Source: a virus (Duplodnaviria; Caudoviricetes). Taken from it: a DNA stretch of 64,000 nucleotides. The position numbers and the translations under genes are program-made. Every line of letters begins with the position of its first letter. The stretch's first letter is position 1. The notes below the pieces were generated by a model that did no database searches, had not been told where the DNA came from, and was given only the letters and a program-made list of their open reading frames with translations. The DNA lies in the IMG/VR virus record IMGVR_UViG_3300034071_001431, positions 1 to 64,000 of that record, one strand, 5' to 3'. This document shows, in pieces, positions 9,621 to 19,766 of the stretch.

Positions 9621-10277
9621 TTATTTCTTCTTTAATTGTTCGAATAATTCGTGTAAAGGGTATCCTGCATTACGTTTAAGTTCCATTAATCCAATAGCAT
9701 GCCGAGTTCCTACATACTGCTCCTTAGATTCCGACAATACGAATACATATCGACTGTGATTGTGATCGCCGAGATATTTAGACAATTCATCCGATGACAT
9801 AACTGGGTTCAATACATATTGTGATGCTTGTGTATCATATACAGATATGTGATTTCCCTGATTAGCTATTCTTGTCCATAACTTTACTGCATCAGCAGAT
9901 AACATACTATCACTAGCAAAAACTAAATTTAAATTTGAAAGATCCTGTTTAATAAGCAGATACAAATCACTAGCATAAGGTGATACTTTAGATGCAATTG
10001 CTGGATTTTTCGAGGTCAATGTAACTTTACAAAAATTGCCATTTACTTCGGTGTCGACAATAATAGCGACACTAGCAGCATCTGCGGTTCCTATCCAATA
10101 TGTTAATTGGTTTTCAGATGTTAGTTTATAAACATTATTACCAAGTTGTTCTGGCTCTATTCCATCAGATAGTAGTTCTGTTAACATTTGATGTTGTGCT
10201 TCAAATGCATTATTAGCAGGAACAACCCACGGCATTTCTGTCAAAAATGTTCTATAAAAAATCTCGTAGTTGTCCAT
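9621..10277 (-). CDS. hypothetical protein inserted between nrdA and nrdB
   Basis: 218-aa ORF with TAATG coupling; FASDSMLSADAVKLW. Confidence 0.7.
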   Translation of the reverse strand: MDNYEIFYRTFLTEMPWVVPANNAFEAQHQMLTELLSDGIEPEQLGNNVYKLTSENQLTYWIGTADAASVAIIVDTEVNGNFCKVTLTSKNPAIASKVSPYASDLYLLIKQDLSNLNLVFASDSMLSADAVKLWTRIANQGNHISVYDTQASQYVLNPVMSSDELSKYLGDHNHSRYVFVLSESKEQYVGTRHAIGLMELKRNAGYPLHELFEQLKKK

Positions 10278-12595
10278 TATAATTTGCAGCTTTCGCAGCC
10301 CTCTTCATCATCATAATCTATCGGTGCCATAGTTGGCGCTACTTCTGCAACCATCTTACTACCTTGTTTATTAATCAAACTATAGTAAAATGTTTTTAAT
10401 CCCCATATATGTGCTTGCATTAAGTTCTTAGCAATTAATGTAGTTGGTACTTTTCTGTCCGCAAAGTGCGCTGGATTGTAAAAAGTATTTGTACTAATTG
10501 ATTGGTCAACATAAGCCGCAAGTACTGCCGCAGTTTTTAAGTATGCGCTACAATCTTTCTGTTCCCACATGAGTTGATATTTATTTTTCAATTTATGATA
10601 TTCTGGAACAACTTGTGTAAAGCTACCTGCCTTACTTTCTTTAACACTGATTAAACTCATCGGCATTTCAATACCGTTTGTACTGTTAATAACTACCGAA
10701 CTAGATTCAACTGGTGCAATTGCCATCAATGTAGCATTGCGTACACCATATTGTTTCATATTATTACGTAATGGTTCCCAATCTAGTTCGGGCGTAAAGT
10801 CTGCTAACTCATTAACTCCGTTAGCACGATTCTCCCACGGAAATGTACCTTGGCCGTAACGTGTTTTATCAGAGTCTAAACATGGGCCACGTTCTTTAGC
10901 AAGTTCAACTGTTGCTTCTGTTAAGTAGAATGCTTGATGTTCCATCCAGCTTTTAACTTCTTGCAATGCATCTTTTTCGCCGTACTGTAGACTGCGTTTA
11001 GCATGCCAATATGCTAAGTTAGTAATACCGATGCCAAGTGGTTGTAGTTCATCGTTGCTTAGTTTACTTTGTATCGACAAGAAATCTTGATAATCCAAAA
11101 TGTTACATAAGCTACGTTGTAAGATACGACAGGCGCGGCGCATATCTTCTGGATTGCGGAAAGCACCCCAATTTATACTACCAAGTGTACACAGGGCAAT
11201 GCGACCAGTTGGATCATCTAAGCGTTTGAATGGCTTAGTGGGTAGTAAAATCTCACAACACAGATTACTTTGATAAATGGTATGATATTCCGGATCAAAT
11301 GGTCCTTGCTTCATAACGTTATCAATAAACACTAGATAGATACGTCCTGTATCTGTACGTTCTTTTAATATGCCACCTTTAAACACTTCTTCGGCCGACA
11401 TTGTTTTCTTACGTAAGTTCTTTTGTTTTTCGTACTTAACATATAGTTCTTCAAATAGTTCCGTGTTGCTGTAAAATGCTTCGTATAAATCTGGCACTTC
11501 ATTTGGGTCAAAGAATGTAATGTTCTCTTTATTTTTAAATCGTCTCCAAAAGAACGCACTTAGTACAACACCATAGTCCATGTGGCGGACTCGTGTTTCA
11601 TCTGTACCTTGATTGTTTTTAAGTACAATTAAGTCGTCAAATTGATGATGCCAAATTGGATAGAATACAGTTGCACTTGCATTACGTATACCACCTTGAC
11701 TGCAACTACGTAAATCACCGAACCATTTCTTTAAGAATGGAATCATACCTGTGTGCTGTATTTCGCCGCCACGTATAGGCGAACCTAGACTACGTAGGCG
11801 CCCAATTTCTAGACCAATACCCGCACGTTTACTAGCATACTTGGCCATCATTTCACCAGATGCAAATATGCTATCTAAGTCATCGTCTGCTTTAATTAGT
11901 ACACATGAACTAAATTGTTTAGTTGGGGTACCGAGGCCGGCGAGAACAGGCGTTGCAAGGGTGAAAAGGCTGTCACTTGCGCATGTGTAGTATTCTTTAA
12001 TAAAACGCATACGTGCGCTGTTAGGTTCTTCTTTATGAAATACAGTTGCCGCTGCAATGATATATCGTATTTGTGGAGTTTCATATATCTGTTTAGTTGC
12101 ACGATTGCGTACAAGATATTTTTCAATTAATTGCTCAATGGCCGCATATGAATATGATTCATCTTTAGTATGGTCAATGAACGAATCCATTTTATCCCAT
12201 TCTTCTTCTGTATACCATTCAAGTAGTTCTGCTGTATACAATCCTGTCGCTACATTTGTCTTAACAATATCATACAAGCGAGGTGGCTCATAGTCGCCAT
12301 ACACATCTTTACGTAACATAGATAAGCGTTGCTTGCCTGCTACGTATTGATAGTTTGTATGTCCGATATCTGGATTGTGTTCTACGTCTATTAGATCTAC
12401 GATAGCACGGAGTGTAATTTCATCAATCTCTCGTGTACTAATGCCATCGTAAAAGTGTGGTTGTGCTTTGATTTCAATCATTGACTGACTTACATCTGCA
12501 ATCCCAGCACATACTTTTGTAATCTGGGCTTGCCATTTATCTACTGCTAACGGAGCGCGACTACCGCTACGTTTTATTACTTGAATGATACTCAA
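10277..12595 (-). CDS. nrdA: class Ia ribonucleotide reductase alpha subunit with ATP cone
   Basis: VIKRSG ATP cone, FSSCVL, SNLCCEI, GLKTFYY, C-terminal CESCKL. Confidence 0.97.
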   Translation of the reverse strand: MSIIQVIKRSGSRAPLAVDKWQAQITKVCAGIADVSQSMIEIKAQPHFYDGISTREIDEITLRAIVDLIDVEHNPDIGHTNYQYVAGKQRLSMLRKDVYGDYEPPRLYDIVKTNVATGLYTAELLEWYTEEEWDKMDSFIDHTKDESYSYAAIEQLIEKYLVRNRATKQIYETPQIRYIIAAATVFHKEEPNSARMRFIKEYYTCASDSLFTLATPVLAGLGTPTKQFSSCVLIKADDDLDSIFASGEMMAKYASKRAGIGLEIGRLRSLGSPIRGGEIQHTGMIPFLKKWFGDLRSCSQGGIRNASATVFYPIWHHQFDDLIVLKNNQGTDETRVRHMDYGVVLSAFFWRRFKNKENITFFDPNEVPDLYEAFYSNTELFEELYVKYEKQKNLRKKTMSAEEVFKGGILKERTDTGRIYLVFIDNVMKQGPFDPEYHTIYQSNLCCEILLPTKPFKRLDDPTGRIALCTLGSINWGAFRNPEDMRRACRILQRSLCNILDYQDFLSIQSKLSNDELQPLGIGITNLAYWHAKRSLQYGEKDALQEVKSWMEHQAFYLTEATVELAKERGPCLDSDKTRYGQGTFPWENRANGVNELADFTPELDWEPLRNNMKQYGVRNATLMAIAPVESSSVVINSTNGIEMPMSLISVKESKAGSFTQVVPEYHKLKNKYQLMWEQKDCSAYLKTAAVLAAYVDQSISTNTFYNPAHFADRKVPTTLIAKNLMQAHIWGLKTFYYSLINKQGSKMVAEVAPTMAPIDYDDEEGCESCKL

Positions 12596-12733
12596 TTTGA
12601 TGACCTCTTAATTTAGTACTGCTCTAAATTTGTATTGTTGAATGTTGTGTTGTATTTACTATTTTATTAACTGCGGTAAGATATTTATATACTCAGTATA
12701 GTATACATGTTATCACAATTTATTACAAGTATA

Positions 12734-13309
12734 TTAATTAAATATCGTTACATGAAATTTCATTTCTGCAACATTGCTTGGTCCAACTATATTAGTTGTT
12801 GTATAATACAGTACATTACCAGTAAATCCAAAAGTTACTCCGATATCAGCAGTTTCGGTATATTCATCATCTACTGAAGTTGTTGATCCGTAATTTGCAG
12901 CAGTTAATGTGCCTACTCGTCGTTTGGAATTCCTAGTAATAGCATACGACATTGTAGTAGGAGTATCTACTATTCCGATATTAGCAGTTGTGTTATTTGC
13001 TAAAGTAAGCGAATTAACTCCTGTAAGTAATTGTAAATTAGCAATATCAGAATGTATAGTAGTAACATCGGCTTCTATATTAGCAACATTACCTTGCAAT
13101 ACTGTGATAGCTGCCAATTCTGAGAATATAGATTGTGCAGTGAGAATTTCTGTACGACCGGTAGTAGGAGCACCTTCTGCTAATGTACCGTTACCAATGA
13201 ATAATCTACGTTCATCAATTGACCAGCCCAACTCAGCCGATGCTAATTGTGGCAAATCTTCTTGTAATCCTCTACGGATTTGTATTTTTGAAATTTGTAC
13301 TACAGCCAT
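12734..13309 (-). CDS. tail fiber / structural protein (Mtd-N/hyaluronidase-N-like start)
   Basis: IQIRRG...LASAELGW..D.RRLFIGNG; upstream TAAATA. Confidence 0.6.
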   Translation of the reverse strand: MAVVQISKIQIRRGLQEDLPQLASAELGWSIDERRLFIGNGTLAEGAPTTGRTEILTAQSIFSELAAITVLQGNVANIEADVTTIHSDIANLQLLTGVNSLTLANNTTANIGIVDTPTTMSYAITRNSKRRVGTLTAANYGSTTSVDDEYTETADIGVTFGFTGNVLYYTTTNIVGPSNVAEMKFHVTIFN

Positions 13310-13336
13310 GTTATTAACCTCATCTATATTTTATAT

Positions 13337-14020
13337 TTAGCTGAGATTATAATACTGCTCTACCCTTTTCAACCATTTTTCTGTCCACATATCCCATTCC
13401 TCGCCCTCAACTGTCCATGTCTGATACTGGAAGTCTTGACTGCACATTAGAATAACACCTTGTTTAATGTCAGTTCCGTGTGTTTCGTTGTGTGCTAGTC
13501 CATAAGCGCATAACTGGAGGAAATAGTCCTGAACCCACTCTGTTTTCTTCGGTTTATTGGTCTGTTTGTAGTCTAAAATAGCTGGTTTACCTTTATGTAC
13601 ACCACAAGCGTCAGTTGTACCAGCATACAGTCCAGATACATATAATGGTACTTCAATTCCCCATACCTCGTCTACATGTACTAAGCCCTGTTCTACAATT
13701 GTCTGCGCCATCTTATGACTTTGCATACTGTAGGGGTTAGTACCGGGCTCGCCCATATCGCGTCCATTACGCACATAGTCTTCCAACCATTTGTGCATAC
13801 GTGTTCCGCGATTGGCGGCTTCTGTAGTAATCTCTTGAGCTTTTTTCTCACCAACAGCTTTTCGCCAGTTATCAAGTGCCGCTTTACTTTCGGCGGACTT
13901 TGTTTTGTCGAGAATTGTTGTTACTGAAGGAACTTTACTGCCATCGGGCAAACTGTAAAGTCGTTTTCCATCCACGCTCTGGCGATTGATGGGTGTATAG
14001 TCGTATTTTTGTATAAGCAT
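13337..14020 (-). CDS. PD-(D/E)xK RecB-family exonuclease
   Basis: PSVTTIL, RGTRMH, AGTTD, LDYK, QLCAY. Confidence 0.85.
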   Translation of the reverse strand: MLIQKYDYTPINRQSVDGKRLYSLPDGSKVPSVTTILDKTKSAESKAALDNWRKAVGEKKAQEITTEAANRGTRMHKWLEDYVRNGRDMGEPGTNPYSMQSHKMAQTIVEQGLVHVDEVWGIEVPLYVSGLYAGTTDACGVHKGKPAILDYKQTNKPKKTEWVQDYFLQLCAYGLAHNETHGTDIKQGVILMCSQDFQYQTWTVEGEEWDMWTEKWLKRVEQYYNLS

Positions 14021-14737
14021 TTAATTATTGTATACTCTTAGAAATTCAGTTGCAACCTGTTTCTGCCACGACGGACCAGGATGCGAATCTCTAGCAGAAT
14101 CTGTGGGTATAAAAGAAGTGATATATGTATTGGCTTCTAATTCGTGCAATTTAAAATTGTAATTTTTACTTAATTGATTAACTAGAAGTTTATTTTTGGC
14201 AAAATTATTATAACTTTGCAGATTATCATATAAAAACAAAGTGTCTGTGGAAATTTTATCCCACGGACCATGCAGTTTAATAGCCGGGTGCCTCGGAGTT
14301 GGAGTATGATATGATTCGAATCTATTAGCCATTGTCCACAGGATAAAAACATGCTCGGGACTGAATAACGATACTACATTGGTTAAAATTCTAGCTATAG
14401 TGTCGTTGCTTGCTCCGGCAACACCTAAATTATATACATTATATTGTGGGAAAGAATTCTTAATTATAGATACCCATGAATCTTCTTCTCTGTTTCCTAT
14501 TCCCTCAGTGAAACTACAACCTAGACACAAAATATTTGGTAATGGACTTGCAAAATCAAATTCAGTAGTTCGATATCCGTAAGAATTGTATCTATAAATT
14601 ATACTAGTTTCGCTCCAGCCAGGTGGCATTGTATTTTTAAATGATTCCTCCGAATCACTGCCACTCCAATACGAATCCCCGGGTGGATTTTTTGTTTTTG
14701 GTATTATACCCTCGGCCCAATGATTTATACTATTCAT
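14021..14737 (-). CDS. SGNH/GDSL-like protein
   Basis: GCSFTEG, NLGVAGASND, DSHP. Confidence 0.7.
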   Translation of the reverse strand: MNSINHWAEGIIPKTKNPPGDSYWSGSDSEESFKNTMPPGWSETSIIYRYNSYGYRTTEFDFASPLPNILCLGCSFTEGIGNREEDSWVSIIKNSFPQYNVYNLGVAGASNDTIARILTNVVSLFSPEHVFILWTMANRFESYHTPTPRHPAIKLHGPWDKISTDTLFLYDNLQSYNNFAKNKLLVNQLSKNYNFKLHELEANTYITSFIPTDSARDSHPGPSWQKQVATEFLRVYNN

Positions 14738-15057
14738 ACAGTAAATGACTCACCGCAGCCACATTCGCCGGTAGCATTTGGATTAATAAATTCAAATCCC
14801 TCATTAAGCCCTTCACGTTTCCAATCCATTTTTAGGCCATTGACATAAACTAAATCTTTTGGTGTAGTAAAAATACTAACATCATGACACTTATATTCAA
14901 TATCGTTTACAGATAGTTGATCAACAAACTCAAGAACATAACTCATACCACTACAGCCAGCAGTTTTGACGCCAATTTTAATACCTAGCGTGTTTGCTCC
15001 ACGAGCAGTGATGCTTTTCTTAATTTTCTCTGCAGCCAATTCCGTTAAACTAATCAT
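14734..15057 (-). CDS. iscA: A-type Fe-S carrier IscA/HesB
   Basis: GCSGMSY, NPNATGECGCGESF. Confidence 0.93.
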   Translation of the reverse strand: MISLTELAAEKIKKSITARGANTLGIKIGVKTAGCSGMSYVLEFVDQLSVNDIEYKCHDVSIFTTPKDLVYVNGLKMDWKREGLNEGFEFINPNATGECGCGESFTV

Positions 15058-16367
15058 TTAAATATCATTCCTTTTTTTAGATTACAAAACTTAAAATTAA
15101 ACCATTCTTTGTAATAATTTTGATATAACTGCCAGGTTCGCTTTGGAAATTTTTCTTTTGATCTTAAAAGATAATTTGCCTTTAGTGGAAAGTCAATTGG
15201 AGTGCTATCGAAATTTGAAATACTCGGAGTACACGAATACAAATTCTTTTTTTTCATATATTTCAATATACGGATAACGTAATGACTAATTAATTCACAG
15301 CGTAATGTCCAACTCTGATTTACGTACCCAAATGCCATTGCTAAATTTGGAACTCCGGTAAACATTGTTCCTCTATAAAATATAGTATCATGTATATCGA
15401 TTGAGATACCATTTACTATTATATTAACTCCGCCTAATAATTTTATCTCGAGTCCAGTAGCAGTAATTACAATATCGCTGCTAATAATTTGGCCAGTTTC
15501 AAGTTTAATTCCATCTTTAACGTAGCTATCGATTATACTCGTTATTAACCGAATCTTGCCATTGTCTACACAATCAAAAAATTCATTATCTAAAGTTAGA
15601 CATAATCGTTGTTCCCAAGGATAATAGTTAGGTCTATCATACCTAGTTAATAAAGTAGATGCCTCTAATGGATTATTTCTGCAATAATTATAAAATTTAA
15701 GTCCTTGCCATAGCCGTTTAACCCGAGAACTTTTCTGTTGTCTAGGTGCGCTTACTATATAACCCGGACTGCGTTGAATTACAGTAACTGATTTTGCTTG
15801 CTTGGTTAGTTCAGGAGCCAATGTAACCATAGTTGCTCCACTGCCGATAATAGTAATATCTTTATCTTTATAGTCAAGTTCCTGCCAATGTTGTGGATGT
15901 ACTATTTGCCCTGCATATTGAGTTGTATCTTTGATTTCAGGAGTATGAGGATTTTTATAATTAAAATAGCCCGAACACATCATAATAAATTGACACGTAA
16001 TAGTTGGGCGATCCACTAATGTGATGTACCACTTATTATTTTTCCATTCGATTGTAGTTACATTGTGATTATATCGAATTTGTTGACTAATATTATTGTT
16101 ATCTGCTGTTTGTTTAATATAATTGTTAATATCACTGCCGTTAGGAAATTGAGTATTTCCTTTCCATGGATTAAAACTATATCCGTATGTATACATATCA
16201 CTATCGGATCTTACTCCAGGATATTTAAATAAATCCCAAGTGCCGCCAATATTATCACGGGCTTCTAAAATGATATAGGAATGGTCAGGGCAATCATGCT
16301 GTAAATAATACGCCGATTGGATACCTGCCATTCCAGCACCTACTATTACAACATCAAAGTGTTCCAT
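15054..16367 (-). CDS. flavin-containing monooxygenase (BVMO/EthA-like)
   Basis: GAGMAG, GGTWDLFKYPGVRSDSD, HPQHW, GSGAT, ATG motifs. Confidence 0.9.
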   Translation of the reverse strand: MEHFDVVIVGAGMAGIQSAYYLQHDCPDHSYIILEARDNIGGTWDLFKYPGVRSDSDMYTYGYSFNPWKGNTQFPNGSDINNYIKQTADNNNISQQIRYNHNVTTIEWKNNKWYITLVDRPTITCQFIMMCSGYFNYKNPHTPEIKDTTQYAGQIVHPQHWQELDYKDKDITIIGSGATMVTLAPELTKQAKSVTVIQRSPGYIVSAPRQQKSSRVKRLWQGLKFYNYCRNNPLEASTLLTRYDRPNYYPWEQRLCLTLDNEFFDCVDNGKIRLITSIIDSYVKDGIKLETGQIISSDIVITATGLEIKLLGGVNIIVNGISIDIHDTIFYRGTMFTGVPNLAMAFGYVNQSWTLRCELISHYVIRILKYMKKKNLYSCTPSISNFDSTPIDFPLKANYLLRSKEKFPKRTWQLYQNYYKEWFNFKFCNLKKGMIFK

Positions 16368-16371
16368 TTAA

Positions 16372-16524
16372 TTAATTGAATATCCGATCTAATACTGCTT
16401 GTTTTTGTTCGTTTGTAAAATTGTACCATTCTACTACTTCGTCTGTTGTTCTACCACAACCGCGGCAAACTCCATCAAATAATCCGCATGCGCCGACGCA
16501 CGGGCTTTCGATTTCCTCTTCCAT
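16372..16524 (-). CDS. DUF1289-like small Cys-rich Fe-S protein (missing from ORF track)
   Basis: MEEEIESPCVGACGLFDGVCRGCGRTTDEVVEW...: SPC..C..C.GC.RT..E...W. Confidence 0.8.
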   Translation of the reverse strand: MEEEIESPCVGACGLFDGVCRGCGRTTDEVVEWYNFTNEQKQAVLDRIFN

Positions 16525-16667
16525 TCTATTTCGACCCCTTGTTGATTGTTAATAAGATAGCTACATGCCTGTTGATGTTCGCATTGTTCAAATGTATTAT
16601 CCTCTTGATGTTTATCATGTAAACAACAATATTGTTGATATTCTGTATTGTGTAATGGGCAAGCCAT
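16434..16667 (-). CDS. small Cys/His-rich hypothetical protein
   Basis: AAGGA SD; MACPLH..YCCLHD..CEH..C; 3' end overlaps the DUF1289-like gene. Confidence 0.45.
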   Translation of the reverse strand: MACPLHNTEYQQYCCLHDKHQEDNTFEQCEHQQACSYLINNQQGVEIEWKRKSKARASAHADYLMEFAAVVVEQQTK

Positions 16668-16670
16668 TTC

Positions 16671-17056
16671 TTATCCTTGTTTATTCCTATAATCTGCAAT
16701 AGCCGCTTTAATAGCATCTTCTGCTAATACACTACAATGTATCTTAACTGGGGGTAATGCAAGTTCTTCTGCTATTGCTGAGTTTTTAATTGTGTATGCT
16801 TCATCTAATGTCATACCTTTAAGCAATTCTGTTACTAGGCTAGAACTAGCAATTGCCGACCCACATCCGTATGTTTTAAACTTTGCATCGATTATAATAC
16901 CATCTTCGACTTGAATTTGTAACTTCATGACGTCACCTGTCATCCGCAAGCTGGGGCACCGACGATTCCGGTCCCAACTTGCGCATTCTCCTTGTCTAAA
17001 GATCCTACATTTCTTGGATTTTCATAATGGTCCAAGACCGCTGCTGAATAGCTCAT
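16671..17056 (-). CDS. iscU: Fe-S scaffold IscU, interrupted by an 8-nt insert after Cys37
   Basis: MSYSAAVLDHYENPRNVG...GAPAC-[ggatgaca]-GDVMKLQ...GCGSAIASSS...LPPVKIHC; GGAGG SD. Confidence 0.9.
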
Positions 17057-17128
17057 ATAATACCTCCAATAGTATATTACAATACTACACTATTTATAGT
17101 ATAAAGTCAATGTATTTTGGTTATTTGG

Positions 17129-17521
17129 TTATTGTGCTATTGGTGCGCCGCGTGATTTGGCAGCGCGATTTGCCATGCTACTAACATCATCTACCGGTGC
17201 TTGGAATGTATTTTGGGTAGCGCCATCTGTGTTAGTTGTAGTTGAATCTTCGTCTTCGCCCGTTAATGGAGCAAGGATAACTTGGTCTTTGTTAAAACTT
17301 TTAATAAGATTTTTTACTGCTGGATTATTTTCGTTTGCATCAACCAAAGCATCGTAGCTGAATGTTTTGTCTGTGTTTAATACTAGATTAATAAGACTTT
17401 TAGTACTGATTGTTGCTGGTGTTGATTTGTCTTGTGAACGGTGACGTAATAACTCCAGAGCAGTAACTAAGTTAGACTCTGGAGCACTATTGTTTTCACC
17501 TGCGAATTCGCGTAAACGCAT
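17129..17521 (-). CDS. putative virion/internal head protein
   Basis: MRLREF N-terminus; late gene block. Confidence 0.55.
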   Translation of the reverse strand: MRLREFAGENNSAPESNLVTALELLRHRSQDKSTPATISTKSLINLVLNTDKTFSYDALVDANENNPAVKNLIKSFNKDQVILAPLTGEDEDSTTTNTDGATQNTFQAPVDDVSSMANRAAKSRGAPIAQ

Positions 17522-18213
17522 TAACGCAATTCTCTACCCAATGTTTCAGTTCCGCCTACAGCTGCATCAGTTGCTGCGAAGCCATCCGCACCACCTTCTT
17601 CTGCATCAAAGTCGCTTGCTGGAGGAGGAAGGCCGCCTAAATCAGGAGCGCCACCTAAGTCATCACCTGGCATAGCCATTGGTTGATCAACTGCTTCGCC
17701 ACTTAATACACGTACACCAGAGTCAACGCCTTCACGTGCTTGTTGTAAGTTTTGCATTAATTGGTCTAGTGTACCACCAACTGCCGCTTTAAATGCATCA
17801 GCTTGTTCTGAACCAATTTGGTCACGGATACTGTCAAGTAATTGTGGAAGTTGTTCGTTTTGCATTTTGCCAACTTTCTCAATTGTATCTTGTACACTAT
17901 CAACCATATCTTTAGCAGCTAATAATACTTCTGCATTGCCAACTTCACCTTCGTTAAGTTGTTGATGTTGTTCAGTAAGCCAAGTGTTTAAGCCTTCTTG
18001 TACAGTTAACAACTCCATGTAACGTGGATTTGTTTCTGCTCTGTGAAAATCCGCACTATGACGGATTTTGTTTAAGTTTAATGATATTGTTTCACCTAAG
18101 CGTTGTGCCTTAGAGATAGACAATGTATCATAATCAATAGCAAAGCCGAATCGACTTTCCAATACCTTGTTAAGTCTTTTTGCTGATGTTGATGACATTT
18201 CTGATAGTTTCAT
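17521..18213 (-). CDS. putative prohead core/scaffold-like protein
   Basis: MKLSEM start, helical body, acidic G/P-rich tail ending LGRELR. Confidence 0.55.
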   Translation of the reverse strand: MKLSEMSSTSAKRLNKVLESRFGFAIDYDTLSISKAQRLGETISLNLNKIRHSADFHRAETNPRYMELLTVQEGLNTWLTEQHQQLNEGEVGNAEVLLAAKDMVDSVQDTIEKVGKMQNEQLPQLLDSIRDQIGSEQADAFKAAVGGTLDQLMQNLQQAREGVDSGVRVLSGEAVDQPMAMPGDDLGGAPDLGGLPPPASDFDAEEGGADGFAATDAAVGGTETLGRELR

Positions 18214-18235
18214 GTTTAGTTCTTCCTGAATGCAA

Positions 18236-18727
18236 TTATTTAATATTATTTATCAAAACGATAGACTTCTTTAATTGTTTCTTCGATTCTTCAATTCGTA
18301 ACATAGTTTCAGTGTATTTATTAGAATATAATGTAATCTTCCAATCATCGTTGTTCTCTTGTGCTTGCTTATAACGATATCTGTACAGTATAGCATCAAA
18401 TTCAAGTATACCAATTAAGTTATCGTTGATACGTACTTCTTGAGCTAATTCGTATTTGTGCTTATGTAGCGCAATGCAGTAAAATATAGCATCTTTTCTA
18501 TTAAAGAAGTCAAATACTTGTTCGTTATCTTTAGTTATGCGCCAGTTTTTGTCTGTAATTTTTACTATTTTATACTTGCCAACTATTAATGTATCTGCGC
18601 CAAGTTGATAGCAGAATGGGAGCGGACCTTTACTGTGTTTAGCAAGTTCGGCCTCTGTAAATCGACGTATTTTTTCAATGTCAATTTCAGTCAATACGTT
18701 TTTTGTAATAGATTTTTCCGGCTTCAT
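18236..18727 (-). CDS. hypothetical protein
   Basis: 163-aa ORF in operon. Confidence 0.65.
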   Translation of the reverse strand: MKPEKSITKNVLTEIDIEKIRRFTEAELAKHSKGPLPFCYQLGADTLIVGKYKIVKITDKNWRITKDNEQVFDFFNRKDAIFYCIALHKHKYELAQEVRINDNLIGILEFDAILYRYRYKQAQENNDDWKITLYSNKYTETMLRIEESKKQLKKSIVLINNIK

Positions 18728-18896
18728 TTGTTCTTAACAGTACATCTTTGACTGTGAGTTGATTTGCGATCATTTGTTCGCGTTCGTCTAATTGACTTTT
18801 AGCAATACTAGTATCGCCTGTGAACTGTTCTAGTAGTTCATGTTCTTCGTTTGTGATTGTTAGTAATAGTTTGTTTGTGAGTTCAACAATTTTCAT
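18687..18896 (-). CDS. hypothetical protein
   Basis: TAAATA and AGGA SD upstream. Confidence 0.7.
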   Translation of the reverse strand: MKIVELTNKLLLTITNEEHELLEQFTGDTSIAKSQLDEREQMIANQLTVKDVLLRTNEAGKIYYKKRID

Positions 18897-18942
18897 GATG
18901 TTATCCTATAAAGTATTTATTACAGGATAACGTTAAGGAGTT

Positions 18943-19209
18943 TTATTTAAATAGTGAATGAGAGATAAAGCCAATAAGACCTGCTAGTACAACGCCCATC
19001 ATAGTTGTGAAGATGCTGATGGTTTGTTTGTCGCCACCCGATATTTTGTCGGTTAGGCTGTTTTTAATGTCAATCAGATGCAGCTCAAGTTTATCCATGC
19101 GCTGTTCTAAGTTGTTTAATTTAGTTTCCAAGCTACCGTACCTTACGGCGCATAGTTCGACATGTGCTTCTAAATTTTGCTTCTCGATTTCTGTAGGTTT
19201 ACTTGCCAT
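18943..19209 (-). CDS. coiled-coil protein with C-terminal transmembrane helix
   Basis: LEAHVELCAVRY, heptad repeats, terminal hydrophobic segment. Confidence 0.65.
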   Translation of the reverse strand: MASKPTEIEKQNLEAHVELCAVRYGSLETKLNNLEQRMDKLELHLIDIKNSLTDKISGGDKQTISIFTTMMGVVLAGLIGFISHSLFK

Positions 19210-19325
19210 TATCGCTCTCTTTTATATAGTAGCGATGCGTATTCGTTGAGCCTAGGTTATGCCTTAATATGTGCCATGATTATTGTTGTTGCATCTAACT
19301 AATATTTAGTTATATTGAGATATTG

Positions 19326-19748
19326 TTAAGTACGTGTTTTAAAGTAGATATTATTATTCACACCACTTGCGTAGAATAAGGGTAGCGGAGGTTTTGCTGT
19401 TTCGTCTAACCCAAGTATAATTGGTGTAATTTTAAAGTCATCTTTTAATGCGCCATACTTGTCGTGATTAAACGCATACACATCGTCGCGGTCAACTGCA
19501 AAGTCAAACGACCAAATGTTGTGTGTTCCTACATAGTTAACCCCAAACGCATACTCTGCAACATCAGCAGTTATAACAGACAGATAAGTAAATTCTAATA
19601 ACTGTGCTCGCAAACTTAGTAACTGATTTATTGTTTCCCAGTTACGCTGTTGATTGCGTTGCTTCTGTAATTCCGCTGATTGTGTTAGTACTTTAGTTTC
19701 GGTTATATCTATTAAGGTGTATGCTCGATACCGATATAATGCTTCCAT
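19326..19748 (-). CDS. hypothetical protein
   Basis: TLIDIT..RNQQRNWET; TATAAATA 5 nt before ATG. Confidence 0.7.
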   Translation of the reverse strand: MEALYRYRAYTLIDITETKVLTQSAELQKQRNQQRNWETINQLLSLRAQLLEFTYLSVITADVAEYAFGVNYVGTHNIWSFDFAVDRDDVYAFNHDKYGALKDDFKITPIILGLDETAKPPLPLFYASGVNNNIYFKTRT

Positions 19749-19766
19749 AGCAATATTTATAGTCAT

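Noticed and set aside
12600-12730. Possible gene remnant or origin upstream of nrdA
   Set aside because: AT-rich, but no iterons or convincing ORF.
13337-14020. Cas4 call
   Set aside because: Lacks the four-Cys Fe-S motif; generic phage exonuclease.
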